The notes beneath the pieces were generated by a model that was not told the DNA's origin, did no database searches, and worked only from the letters and a program-made list of their open reading frames with translations. A stretch of 64,000 nt of DNA from Hemiscyllium ocellatum (lineage: Eukaryota): assembly GCF_020745735.1 (NCBI RefSeq), contig NC_083428.1, forward strand, positions 25,854,001-25,918,000, written 5' to 3'. This document shows positions 1 to 11,074 of the stretch, piece by piece (the first letter of the stretch is position 1; each line of letters opens with the position of its first letter). Both the position numbers and the translations under genes were made by a program.

Positions 1-536
1 TGCAATCAGTTTGGAAGAACTCAGGTTGGATTGAGTGGGGGGTGGGTGGGGAGAGACATTGAGACAATCACTGTCACATACTCAGCATCCTTGTTGCTCT
101 GTTCATTTTTGTCTATTGTGGAAGACAGGAGACAGTGTTTCAAATATCGATTTGATCTGCCTTTGAAGGAAGTGTAAATGACTCAGATAGCAGAGGTGGT
201 CACGGCTAAATAAATATTTAAAGGCAGGTGAGAGTCAACTTGCTTAAGCAGAGCCACACCTACATGGAGCAATTGCACCACTGAAACCAATGAGAGATCT
301 TATTCAGTTTTGAATTTGTAACAACAATCTAGTTGAGCAACTTCTACATGTTTAAACTCAGCAGCATTTGCATTTCTGTTGGACTAGATTATGTTGAAGA
401 CAATTTAAAATAGAAGATCAATTTTCCTTATTAAACAGTTAACAAGAAACTCTCTTAGTCGTTTTCAAATACTAAAGTAAACAAGAGAAAGATAGAACTT
501 AAGTTCAGGGGTGAATTTTAGTGATTATGGGAACAA

Positions 537-1699
537 GATGTCTGAAAAATACAGATCTACAAATTCAGTTCAATCATTTTACTTTTAGGACAAATAAAAT
601 GAGTTAGTCTGATATCCGCACACATGCACAGAACCAATACTATTTGTGACTGCATATATAAAAACAATGCATTTGCTGAGCCAATTGCCATACATATCAG
701 ACATTCAAAAGCAAAATACTATGGATGCTGGAAATTTGAAACAAACACAGAGAATGCTGGTGAAACTTGCTAAATCTGGCAGCATTTGTGGAGAGGGACT
801 TAGAGCTAATGAATTGAGTCCAATATAACTCTTCTTCAGAATTCATTGATACACTCTATCCAGCCCACTTATGATGGGGTAAGCATCTATGAAATCTTGT
901 TTTAGCCTTTTTCTCTCCAAGGAGAACAGTCTCAAATTATTCAACAGAGCCTCCTATAACTTCATAGAACAATGATAATCTATTTCTATACTCACTGGAG
1001 AAGGACGCTCCACAAATATCCCCATTGTCATTGGTGAAAGTACTAAACACATTGTTACAAAAGACAAAGCTGAAGCATTCACAGCAATCTTCAACCAGAA
1101 GTGTCAAGAGGATAATTCATCTCAGCATCCCCAAGCAGTCCCCAACATTACAGATACGAATCTTCGGCCAATTTGATTCACTTTACATGATATCAAAAAA
1201 CAGTTGGAGACACTGGATACCAGAAAGGCTATGGGTCATGGCAACATTCTGGCAATAGAACTGAAATTGTGTACTCCAGAACATGCTGCTCCCACAGTCA
1301 AGCTCTTCAAGTCCAGTTACAATACTTGCATTGCCTGACAATGTGGAAAGTTGCTCAGATATGTCCTGTCATAAAAAGCATGAAAACTCCGATCTGGCAA
1401 ATTACTATCCCATCAGTTGATTCTTGATCATCAGTTCTCTCTCCGCAGATGCTGTCAGACTTATCAAACTTTACCAGCATTCTCTGTGCTTGTTTCAAAT
1501 TTCCACCGTCCGCGGTATTTTGTTTTGGAATGTCTGATTTATATGACAATTGGCTCAGTAAATAGACCACCTTTATATGTGCAGTGACAAATAATATTGG
1601 TTCTGTGCATTGGTGAGGATATCAAACTAACTCATTTTAGTTGTCCTAAAAGTAAAGTAATTGAACTGAATTTGTGTAGCCATACACTTCACAGACATC
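537..1699. repeat. Inverted duplication, ~260-bp arms (537-798 and 1436-1699)
   Basis: The arms are diverged reverse complements; ORFs 646..828(+) and 1355..1570(-) give near-identical peptides. Confidence 0.9.
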
Positions 1700-1905
1700 A
1701 CCATACTGACGTGGAAATATATCACCATTTCTTTATTGTCACTGGGTCAAAATCTTGGAATTCTCTCTCTTAGGATATTGTGGGTACATGGACTACAGCA
1801 GTTGAAGAAGGCAGCTCACCGCCACCTTCTGTACAGTAACTAGGGATTTACAGAGCAATAAATGCTGGCCAGTGAATGTTGTTCACAATCCACGAGTGAA
1901 TAAAA
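990..1905 (+). mobile_element. Old CR1/L2-group LINE remnant, internally deleted and interrupted
   Basis: Degenerate pre-RT motifs (KAMGxxNI...LKLCTPE, WKVAQICPV, NYYPIS), then a 3' tail after 1700. Confidence 0.65.
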
Positions 1906-2444
1906 AGGATTTTTAAACAGTTGATGTGGCTTGATGGAATTGTTTTAATAAAGAAAGCATCAAATCTTTAAAGTAAACAAGTATAGCAAATCCAATAAGT
2001 AAACATAATTCCTTTTGGTAGATCAATATTTGTGATTTTAAATACAGTTCCTTTCACTATAACCTCACAGTCGTAAAGCAATTTGATTTTTATTATTAAA
2101 GTGTGGGAGTTAGAAACTGAGGCAAATAAAATATAATCGATCAAAGCATAAACAATGAAACACTATCTTAGATTAGCAATTAGTTATAAGAGAGTCCATT
2201 AGAAAAGGAAGTAGTTACCACCACTTATTAAGACAGTTTATCTTCACCTCTGTAATATCACCTGATGCGACTCAACCTGCTTCGACTCATCTGTTCCTGA
2301 AAACCTCATTCATGTTTATGTTAGTTTTGTCATTTTTTAATGATAAACCTATAGGAGTTCTTAATCAACCTGTTGAGATGTATATCATATACCTCTGGAG
2401 CTGGTTGGACTTGAAGCCCAGCCTCTTGGCTCAGAGGGTAGACA

Positions 2445-2745
2445 TAGAGATGGACAGAGTCTGAATTTCAGAGTAAAGGGTCATCTATTTCAGGCAGAAA
2501 TGAGAAAGAACTTCTGAGACTAGTGAATCTGTGGAATTCTTCGTCACAGAGTTCAGGTTGAATCATAAGCCTATTCAAGGCTGAGATGAGATAGATAGAT
2601 CAGTAAGGGAATCAAGATTTATGGGGATAATGTGGGAAAGTGGAATTGAAGTGGGTTATATTAGCCATGATCTAATTGAATAGCAGAGTGGACTCAATTG
2701 GAAAAATATCCTACTTCTGCTCCTTTATTTTATGGTCTTATGGTA
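2445..2745 (+). mobile_element. CR1 LINE 3' fragment
   Basis: Degenerate FRxEMRKNF / VNLWNS coding end and a tatggtcttatgg tail. Confidence 0.7.
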
Positions 2746-2794
2746 TAGAAAATCTTTGGAAAGAAATGCTTACAACTTTCATTTAGCTAATAAA

Positions 2795-3505
2795 TTAATG
2801 GTAATGCCTTGGGTAGTGTTGTAGAACAAAGGGAGCGAGTGGTTCAGTTACATAACTCTTTGACATTAGCATCACATATAGATAGGGTGGTTAAAAAGGC
2901 ATTTGCCATGCTTGCCTTAATTGCTCAGTCCTTTGAATATAGGAGTTGGGAAGTCGTGTTAAGGTTGCACAGGACATTGGCGAGGCCTCTTCTGGAATAC
3001 TATGCCCAGTTCTGGGCACCCAGTAATCGGAAGGGTATTATTGAGCTGGACAAGATTCAAAGGAAATTTACCAAGGTGTTGCCAGGTATAGAAAACTTGA
3101 GTTATGAAGAAAGGCTGGATAGTCTGGGATTTTTCAGCAAGCTGGGAGACGACCTTAAAGAAGTTTGTAGAATAATTAATGGTAATTATCTTTTCCCAAG
3201 GTTGGGCAATTTCATAACCGGGGGCACTTTTTTTAGGGTGAGAGGAGTAAGATTTTAAAAAGACATGAGAGTCAAATGTTTTACATAGAGGTTGGTTTGT
3301 GCATGGAATGAACTTCCTGAGGAAATGATGGATGTGGGCACAATTACAATGTCTAAAATATATTTGGATAAGTACATGACGAGGTAAGGTATGGAGGGAT
3401 ATGGGCCTGGAGCAGGCAGGTGAGACCAATTTAGTTTGAGATTATGGTCGCCATGGACTGGTTGGATCAAAGGGTCTCTTTCCATGCTGTATGACTCTAT
3501 GCCTC
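2795..3505 (+). mobile_element. CR1 (HER1-like) LINE 3' fragment
   Basis: ORF 2809..3258 gives the CR1 ORF2 C-terminus (RPLLEYYAQFWAP, QRKFTK, YEERL); typical 3' UTR. Confidence 0.9.
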
Positions 3506-3620
3506 TAAAGTACAATTGTGCCACAACAGCTCTATCCATGGACAACAGTCAACTCTGGGAAATTAGCACAGAAACAAAGAACAGAAATTGCTGGAAAAGC
3601 TCAGCAGCAACTGTAGAGAG

Positions 3621-5178
3621 ACCATAAGAGCATAGACCATAAGAAATGGGAGTGGAAATAAGGCGATTTGGCCCATTGAATCCACTCTGCCTTACAATCA
3701 TGGCTGATGGGCATTTCAACGCCACTTACCTGCATTCTCCCCGTATCCCTTAATTCCTTGCGAGATCAAGAATTTATCAATCTCTGCCTTGAAGACATTT
3801 ATCGTCCCAGCTTCCACTGCGCTCCATGGCAATGAATTCCAGAGGCCCACTACTTTCTGGCTAAAGAAATGTCTCCTCATCGCTGTTCTAAATTGACCCT
3901 CTTTAATTCTAAGGCTATGTCCACGAGTCCTAGTATCCCCGCCTTTTGGAGACAATTTCCCAGTGTCCACCTTTTCTAAGCCATGAATTGTCTTGTAAGT
4001 TTCTATTAGATGTCTCCTCAATCTTCTAAACTCTAAAGAATATAATCCGAGGATCCTCAGCCGTTCATCATTTCAGGAATCATCCGTGTGAATCTCTGCT
4101 GGATATGCTACAGTGCCAATATGTCCTTCCTGAGGTGTGGGGTCCAAAACTAACACAGTATTCTAAATGGGGCCTAACCAAAGCTTTATAAAGTGTCATT
4201 GCACATCACTGATTTTACATTCGGACCCTCTTGAGATAAATGACAACATTACATTTGCTTTCTTAACCATGGACTCAATCTGTAAGTCAATCTTTAGAGA
4301 ATCCTGTACTAGCACTCAGAGACCCTTTGTACTTTGGCTTCATGAATTTTCTCACCATTTAAAAAATAGCCCATGCCTGTATTCTTTTTTTCCAAAGTGC
4401 AAGACATTTGCTCACATTGAAGTTCATCAGCCATTACTTGGACACTCTCCTAAACTATCCAAATCTTTCTGCAGCCTCCCCACCTCCTCAGAACTACCTG
4501 CCTGTCCACCTAACTTCGTAAGATCGGTGACTTTGCCAGAATGCCCCCAGTCCCTCCATCCAGATCATTAATATATAAAGTGAACAGCTGCGGCCCCAAC
4601 ACTGAACCCTGTGGGACACCACTTGTCACTAGCTGCCATTCTGAAAAAGAACCTTTTATCCCAACTCTCTGCCTTCTATCAAAAAGCCAATCCCTAATCC
4701 ATGCCAGTAGCTCACCTCGAACACCATGGGCCCTCATCTTACTCAGCAGCCTCCTGTGAGGCACCTTATCAAAGGCTTTTTGAAAGTCTAGGTAGATAAC
4801 ATCCACTGGGTTTCCCTGGTCTAACCTACTTGTTACCTCTTCAAAGAACTCTAACAGATTTGTCAGGCATGACCTCCCCTTACTAAATCCATGCTGACTT
4901 GTTCTAATCCGACCCAGCACTTGCAAGAATTTAGAAATCGCATCCTTAATGATGGATTCTAGAATTTTACCTACAATCGAGGTTGGCCTAACCGACCAAT
5001 AATTTTCCATCTTTTGTCTTGATCTTTCTTGAACAAGAGTGTTCCAATCATCTGGGACTTTTATTGACTCCAATGATTTTTGTAAGATTACAACCAATGC
5101 CTCTGCTATTTCTTCAGCCATTTCCCTCAGAACTCTAGGAAGTAGCCCATTGGGGCCAGGAGATTTATCAATTTTTAG
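3621..5178 (-). mobile_element. 5'-truncated CR1 LINE (RT region to 3' tail)
   Basis: ORFs 4510..5121 (QHGF, YLDFQKAFDKVPH, SGVPQGSVLGP) and 3716..4021; accataag-type tail repeats. Confidence 0.95.
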
Positions 5179-5495
5179 TTTAGATTACCTACAGTATGGA
5201 AACAGCCTAACATGTCCACACTGACCCTCTGAAGAGTAACTCACCCAGACCCATTCCCCTACCCTACATTTACCCCTGACGAATGCCCCTAATACTATGG
5301 GCAATTGTAGCATGGCCAATTCACCTGACCCACACATTTTTGGATTGTGGGAGGAAACCGGAGCACCCGGAGGAAACTCCCGCAGATTCAGAGAGAACGT
5401 GCAAACTCCACACAGTTACTCGAGGTGGGAATCGAACTCGGGTTCCTGGCGCTTTGAGGCAGCAGTGCTAGCCACTGAGTCACTGTGCCACCCCC
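5178..5495 (-). mobile_element. HE1-type V-SINE
   Basis: tRNA-like head, V-domain (GGAGTTTGCAC...GGTTTCCTCCCAC) and CR1-like tail on the minus strand. Confidence 0.9.
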
Positions 5496-5504
5496 ATCTT
5501 TTGT

Positions 5505-5665
5505 AATGAGAAAGAGAAATCAGAGTTAACATTTCAGATCGAGTGACCCTTCCTCAGAAAGTCAGATTTCTCTCCACAGATGCTGCCAGACCTATTGAGC
5601 ATTTCCAGCCATTTTGATTCTTGTTTCTGATTTACAGCATCCGTAGTTATTTTTGGTGTTTATTT
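5505..5665. mobile_element. Short Penelope-type terminal-repeat element (inverted structure) with a decayed hammerhead motif at 5524-5559(-)
   Basis: Reverse complement reads ttCTGAGGAagggtcactcgatctGAAATGTTaac. Same family as 33217 and 48848. A piece at 3569-3620 is probably its other part, separated by the CR1 and SINE insertions. Confidence 0.6.
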
Positions 5666-6489
5666 AGTATTTAACTCCCATTGAAATTGAAATAAATCTG
5701 ATTTTTCTAAATAGGATGTGATAGTATTTCTAAGCATGCCCAACTTAAAAAAAAAATTCCGCTCCCCTCTCCAGGAAATTAATGCTGGTTGTGTACAATT
5801 CCCATAGATGGCAATTACAAAGGCATTTTGTAAAACATGATTTCTGATCAGATTCAGTGGTTTAACTGATAATTTACACCTACCTAAAGTACAACTGCTG
5901 TGGTAATGAATCCTGGTTACTGCTTGTACTAATTAACATGAACTGCAGCAGGAATGTGGTTCTGCCTGGATAATGAGAAACATGTCTTTACAACAATAAA
6001 GATTACTTGTAGCTACCGTGTGTACGGTGATGTAAACATTATGTATCATCTCAAGGCATTTAAAAGGAGTATAATCAAGCAAAATTTGGCACCAAGCCAC
6101 ATTAGAGAAATTGAGCCCAGACAGCCAACAGTTTGTAATGTTTTAAGAACATTCTGAAAGAGGAGAAAAAAAGTGTTGAGGAAGTGGAAGGAGAGAAGCC
6201 CAGAGCTTGGTGCCTCAGTGGGGTAATTTAATTCAAGACTACTCAAGGGATGGGGGGTATTAAAGGAGTACAGATACCTCAGAGGATTATTGGTTGATCT
6301 TCAGCCAAATGGTGGATTTAGTCCAAGATTTTTTCCATGTCTATGTTTCAGGCTTACCACAGGTAAGTAGACATACTGGTGTTCGGATACTCTATTATAT
6401 TCCCACAGATATCTTTAAAAGACAGGACTTTGGGAGAGGCTATAGTTTCTGGAGTGTTTTTACTATACAATGACTTCTCACAGAATGAA

Positions 6490-6745
6490 AGAATCCCTAC
6501 AGTGTGGAAGTAGGCCATTCAGCCCATTGAGTCCATAATAACTCTCCGAAGAGCATCTCACCCAGACACATTCCATAACCCTGCATTTCCCCATTGCTAA
6601 TCCACCAGTCCTGCATATCCCTGGACATAATGGGCAATTTAGCATGGCCAATCCACCTAACACGCACATCTTTGGATTGTGGTAGGAAACAAAAGCATCC
6701 GGAGGAAACCCATGTAGACATAGGGAGAATTGTGGCTTTACTGCA
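6490..6745 (-). mobile_element. HE1-type V-SINE, truncated
   Basis: V-domain and CR1-like tail. Confidence 0.8.
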
Positions 6746-6794
6746 CACAATTTTAAGACCAGAAAGAGTTGCGAAGCCCCCATTATCATAGGCC

Positions 6795-6975
6795 TTAGTC
6801 ATAGAATCATCGAGATGTACAGCAACCCAACTTATCCATGCCAACCAGATAACCTAACGTAATCTAGTCCCATTTATCAGCACTTGGCCCATATCCCTTT
6901 AAACCTTTCCTGTTCATATACCCATCCAGATGCCTTTTAAATGCGGTAATTGTACCAGCCTCCATCACTTCCCTC
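6795..6975 (-). mobile_element. CR1 3' end fragment
   Basis: Matches the 3' UTR of other CR1 copies in the window. Confidence 0.75.
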
Positions 6976-7844
6976 TCCAATTCAGATTTTTTCTCAACTG
7001 CTGAATACAATTCCAAGAAATCGCAAAATCATATTCAATCTAGAAAACTGTCCGAGTATTCTATCTCTTCCAGCTTGCTTCATGTAACCATTAAATATTG
7101 ATGTGTATTCCCAACAAAGTATGCTGTCCCTTTAAAGGTGGAAACCAAAAAGGCACAAACTATTCCAAGTGTGGTCTTGATCAAAGCCTGATACTATTAA
7201 GCACAGCTTAATTATGCTTGAACTCTAATTCACCCTTGCAGTAAAGGCTAACATGTTATGTGTCTTCTTAATTGCTTGTTGTTTTTCTAAATTCTTTGTA
7301 TGAACACACCCAAGTTCGTGTGAACAGCAAAAATCTACAAGTTTTACATCTTTTAAAAACATTCTCCTTCAAGATATGGTAATTCCCATTGAAATTGAAA
7401 ATATCTCTTTATTTAAAAACAGTATGTGATAATAGCCTTAGATTTCATTAATTTATTCATCCAGTATTCTGCCTTCTTCAGTGCCCACCCTTCTGGTATT
7501 TTCTAATTAACCCTGTTCACTCTTGTAAGATATAGCTCAGGAACGACTCTGCCAAGACTCAAACCCAGAACCTTTGAATACCTCACAGCTTAATCTAGAA
7601 GTCCAACGCGCTATCCATTGTGCCACGGAGCTATATCTCAGGAGCAAGCAGAACTTGAACCCAGGTCTCCGGAATGAGAGGTAGGGACACTACCATGGCA
7701 CCAAAAGAGCCATTGTCCATCCTTTACCTTCCAATCTGGCTCAAGCGTTCGAGTGCTGGTAAATTAGATTGAAGGATTGAAAACATTTACTATGTCTATT
7801 TAAATAGCTGGACAGAATAACTTCCATTATGATGAGTTATAGAT

Positions 7845-8080
7845 TAAATTCCTTACAGTGTGGAAACAGGCCCTTCGGCCCAACCAGTCCACACCGACCC
7901 TCTGACTAATGCACCTAACACTATGGGAAATTTAGCATGGCAAATTCACCTGTCCTGCATAGGAAACCAGCAGGGAGAACGTGCAAACTCCATGCAGATA
8001 GTTTCCCGAGGCTGGAATCAAACCTGAGACCCTGGTGCTATGCGGCAGCAGTGCTAACCACTGAGCCACCGTGCCATCCC
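7845..8080 (-). mobile_element. HE1-type V-SINE (internally deleted)
   Basis: Head GGCACGGTGGCTCAGTGGTTAGCACTGCTGC and tail on the minus strand. Confidence 0.85.
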
Positions 8081-8260
8081 TTTGATTTATTTAATTTCTT
8101 CATCTGTCATTAAATAAATTTGTTAGATCATCGCATTCAGAAACAAAGATTGTTGTGCTGGCATAATGCTTTTTGCAGAGGGGAGATAAACACTGCGTAG
8201 ATGTAAGATAATGCTCAGAGTTTAAGTACTGCACAAAAACATTCTGCTGTCTCACCTTAG

Positions 8261-8404
8261 GTACTTAATGACAGCTACCTAGATGTCAAAGAAAGTGAAG
8301 ATATTCTGGAACTCCTGAGTTATTGGAATTCATGTACGAAAGTAATCTTAGGAATGGCATCCAAATATATAGAGGCGAAGACTTCCAAATGGACAGCAGT
8401 AACA
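8261..8404 (+). CDS. Candidate internal coding exon of an unidentified gene
   Basis: Acceptor ctgctgtctcaccttAG, then 144 nt of open frame (VLNDSYLDVKESEDILELLSYWNSCTKVILGMASKYIEAKTSKWTAVT), then donor ACA|GTATGT. It lies in non-repetitive sequence. No homolog recognised. Confidence 0.35.
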
Positions 8405-9999
8405 GTATGTTCAGCTGAGGGATTTTTGTTTCCCTTTTCCAGAGTTGAGAGGTGCTTTTATTGAACAACAGCTGCTCCTCTCCCCCGTGGTTTCCTTTAC
8501 CAAGGTTTTCTTTTGGTTTTTGGAAGACATAAAATTAGTTGGCTCCTTTGCTAACCATTCCTACCATCCTCTATGCAGTGAAACCTTTAAACTTTGTCAA
8601 CATCAGCAATACATATTTAACATAGGACAGTGTGATGTTCTGAGTGTTCTTTTCTTAGTTTTTTGTTCCTTAACTCGAACCTAAGAGATTTGTTTATGTA
8701 ATCTTCCCTATGTCATCCTCAGTTCTACCTACGTCTTAGTGTTTTAATCTGTAATTAAAACAGCCATCACTACTCCTACCCCTCCTGACTATTTTGTTGC
8801 ATGGAATGTTCAACATCCAGTCCTGCCCTCACCTCACCAACACCATTGAAATGGTGTTAAGTCATATGCCACATGTTTATTTATGTTTGTAATTCCCCAG
8901 ATTGGTTTTGTGCATTTATCTGCAACTCAGATTTTCCACAATTTACTTGCCAAAACTTCTATCTTTTTCTACTTTTCACCATCCTAGTTATCTTCCCTTT
9001 TCACCCTTTTGGTTTTGCTTTCAATTCTACTTTTCAACTTTTGTGCCATCTTCTCAATGCTCTATCAGATTAATTTCAACTCTTCCCCCATAACATTTGT
9101 CACTTTCTTTTTAAGAACAATGTGAATCAATACAATCATTGAGTAGTTAGCTTAACAGAGCATGAGGGGAGGCTGACAATCAGACAATCGATTGGAGAGC
9201 AGGCATTGCTAATGTGACATCAACAAACTGTGACAGTTCTACCCCAGCTAACTATTTCTGGGCCAGGTTATTTTAAGATTTAGCCCATTTGATGCCCCTT
9301 TTTCTTAACTATTTCATTTTACTGCACAAAGCATCCACATTGCATCCTTTTAAATAATTTACTTCTACTAAAATTTCAGAATCCCAATTTTCATAGCTTG
9401 GTGAGTCTTTAATTTTGTATAGGTTAGCATCTGTACCACATGGCAAAAGATGGAAATTAAAATGACAGTGGGACAGGATCAAGCTGGTAATTCAACCACC
9501 TCCCAATTTTAACCATGACCATTCAGTTTTCATTGGATCTCCCTTCTTCACTGTGTAAATGTGATTACAGTATCAAGCAAATCCCCAGGTATTACGAATC
9601 TGAAAACTGCCATCACATATTTATCTGTGTCGTCATAAAATCAACTCTTCCTATTCCTATTGTGATTCTTAGATTTAAATAAGAGTAATCTGATTATTCC
9701 TTTTGGAGGTTGTTTTAAACTGTGAGATTGCTTTTGTACTTATTTCTATTTCTTCTTGTGCCAGTGCTTCAAGAATGAACTATGGAGGTAAATTTAGTCC
9801 ACACACTCTGTGAGAACGCCTTGAGTGCAAAGATAAAACTGTTTCAAAATACCTTCTGTACTGTTCTCATTAGTTTCTATCTGGCAGCAATTTCAGTGTT
9901 TTCTTTTCGCCAGCTGAGGCAAATGATGAAATGAGGCAGACGTTGATGAATGCTTTTAAAGTTGAGTACTCTCAGGCCTTTAGGATCACTTTATCCACT

Positions 10000-10305
10000 T
10001 GCACGGTGGCTCAGTGGTTGGCAATGCTGCCTCACAGCGCCAGGGACTTGGATTTGATTCCAGCCTTGGGTGACTGTGTGGAGTTTGCACATTTTCCCTG
10101 TGTCTGTGTGGGTTTGTTCCGGTTTCCACCTACAATCCAAAGATGTCCAGGTTAGATGAAATGGACATGCTAAATTGCCCATAGTGTAGGTTATTGGTGA
10201 ATGTGGGGTAGGGGGAATGGGCCTGGGTGAGTTACTCTTCAGGGGAGTGTCGGTGTGGACTTGTTGGGCCGAAGGGCCTGTTTCCAATCTGTAGGAATTC
10301 TAATT
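10000..10305 (+). mobile_element. HE1-type V-SINE
   Basis: GCACGGTGGCTCAGTGG head, V-domain, GGGCCGAAGGGCCTGTTTCC tail. Confidence 0.9.
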
Positions 10306-11074
10306 CTAAAAATATCTCACAGTGTTGCTTTCTGAGGCAAACTGGAAGCAATATTTAAAGGGAAGCCCACATACAAGATTATTGAATCATGAGTATTAAT
10401 GAGTTATTTACCATATGAGATTTGGAACACCTCGATTGTGTCTATCTTAGTTTTTAATTACCCTGTCATAATTTATCACAGATCTTATTTTAAGTACTTT
10501 GATTTAGTCCGAGGAACAGATGATGGATTGGGAACAGCTACAGTAATGGCATCAGTTGTACTGAGGGCCAAGGTTTTGCAGTCCAGACAATTCAGGAGCA
10601 ATTCAAAAAGGGCAGGCCAGATCAATTTCTGGGATTCCTACTCCCATTTCCAGGGCTGACAATTTTCACTAGTTTGGGATACGATGAAAGCAGTGAGCCC
10701 ACACCATACACTCCTGAGCTGGTTGACCCCAGTGCAAGAGTAGGCATCTTCTAGCCTCATGCAATTTTCATGAAGTTAGCTTAACTTCTCTGTAACTGGT
10801 TCACAGACATTCAGGTGAATTGTGAACTATAGTTTGAATTGGGGAACCATTTGAAAAATATGTTTAAAAAGTGCCCTCCGCATACCCAACCCCCATCCAA
10901 CCACTCCCATTAATTTCTCATACATTCCATGTCAACTCAATGGCCACTCATGCCTCCCAACCACTCCTTTTGTTCTTCATAATCAGCATATCACTCAATA
11001 TCAACTCATACCCATTCACCCACTATGCAATATTGTAGAAAAAAATGAGCTGTAAAATAACAATAGCACATGTA

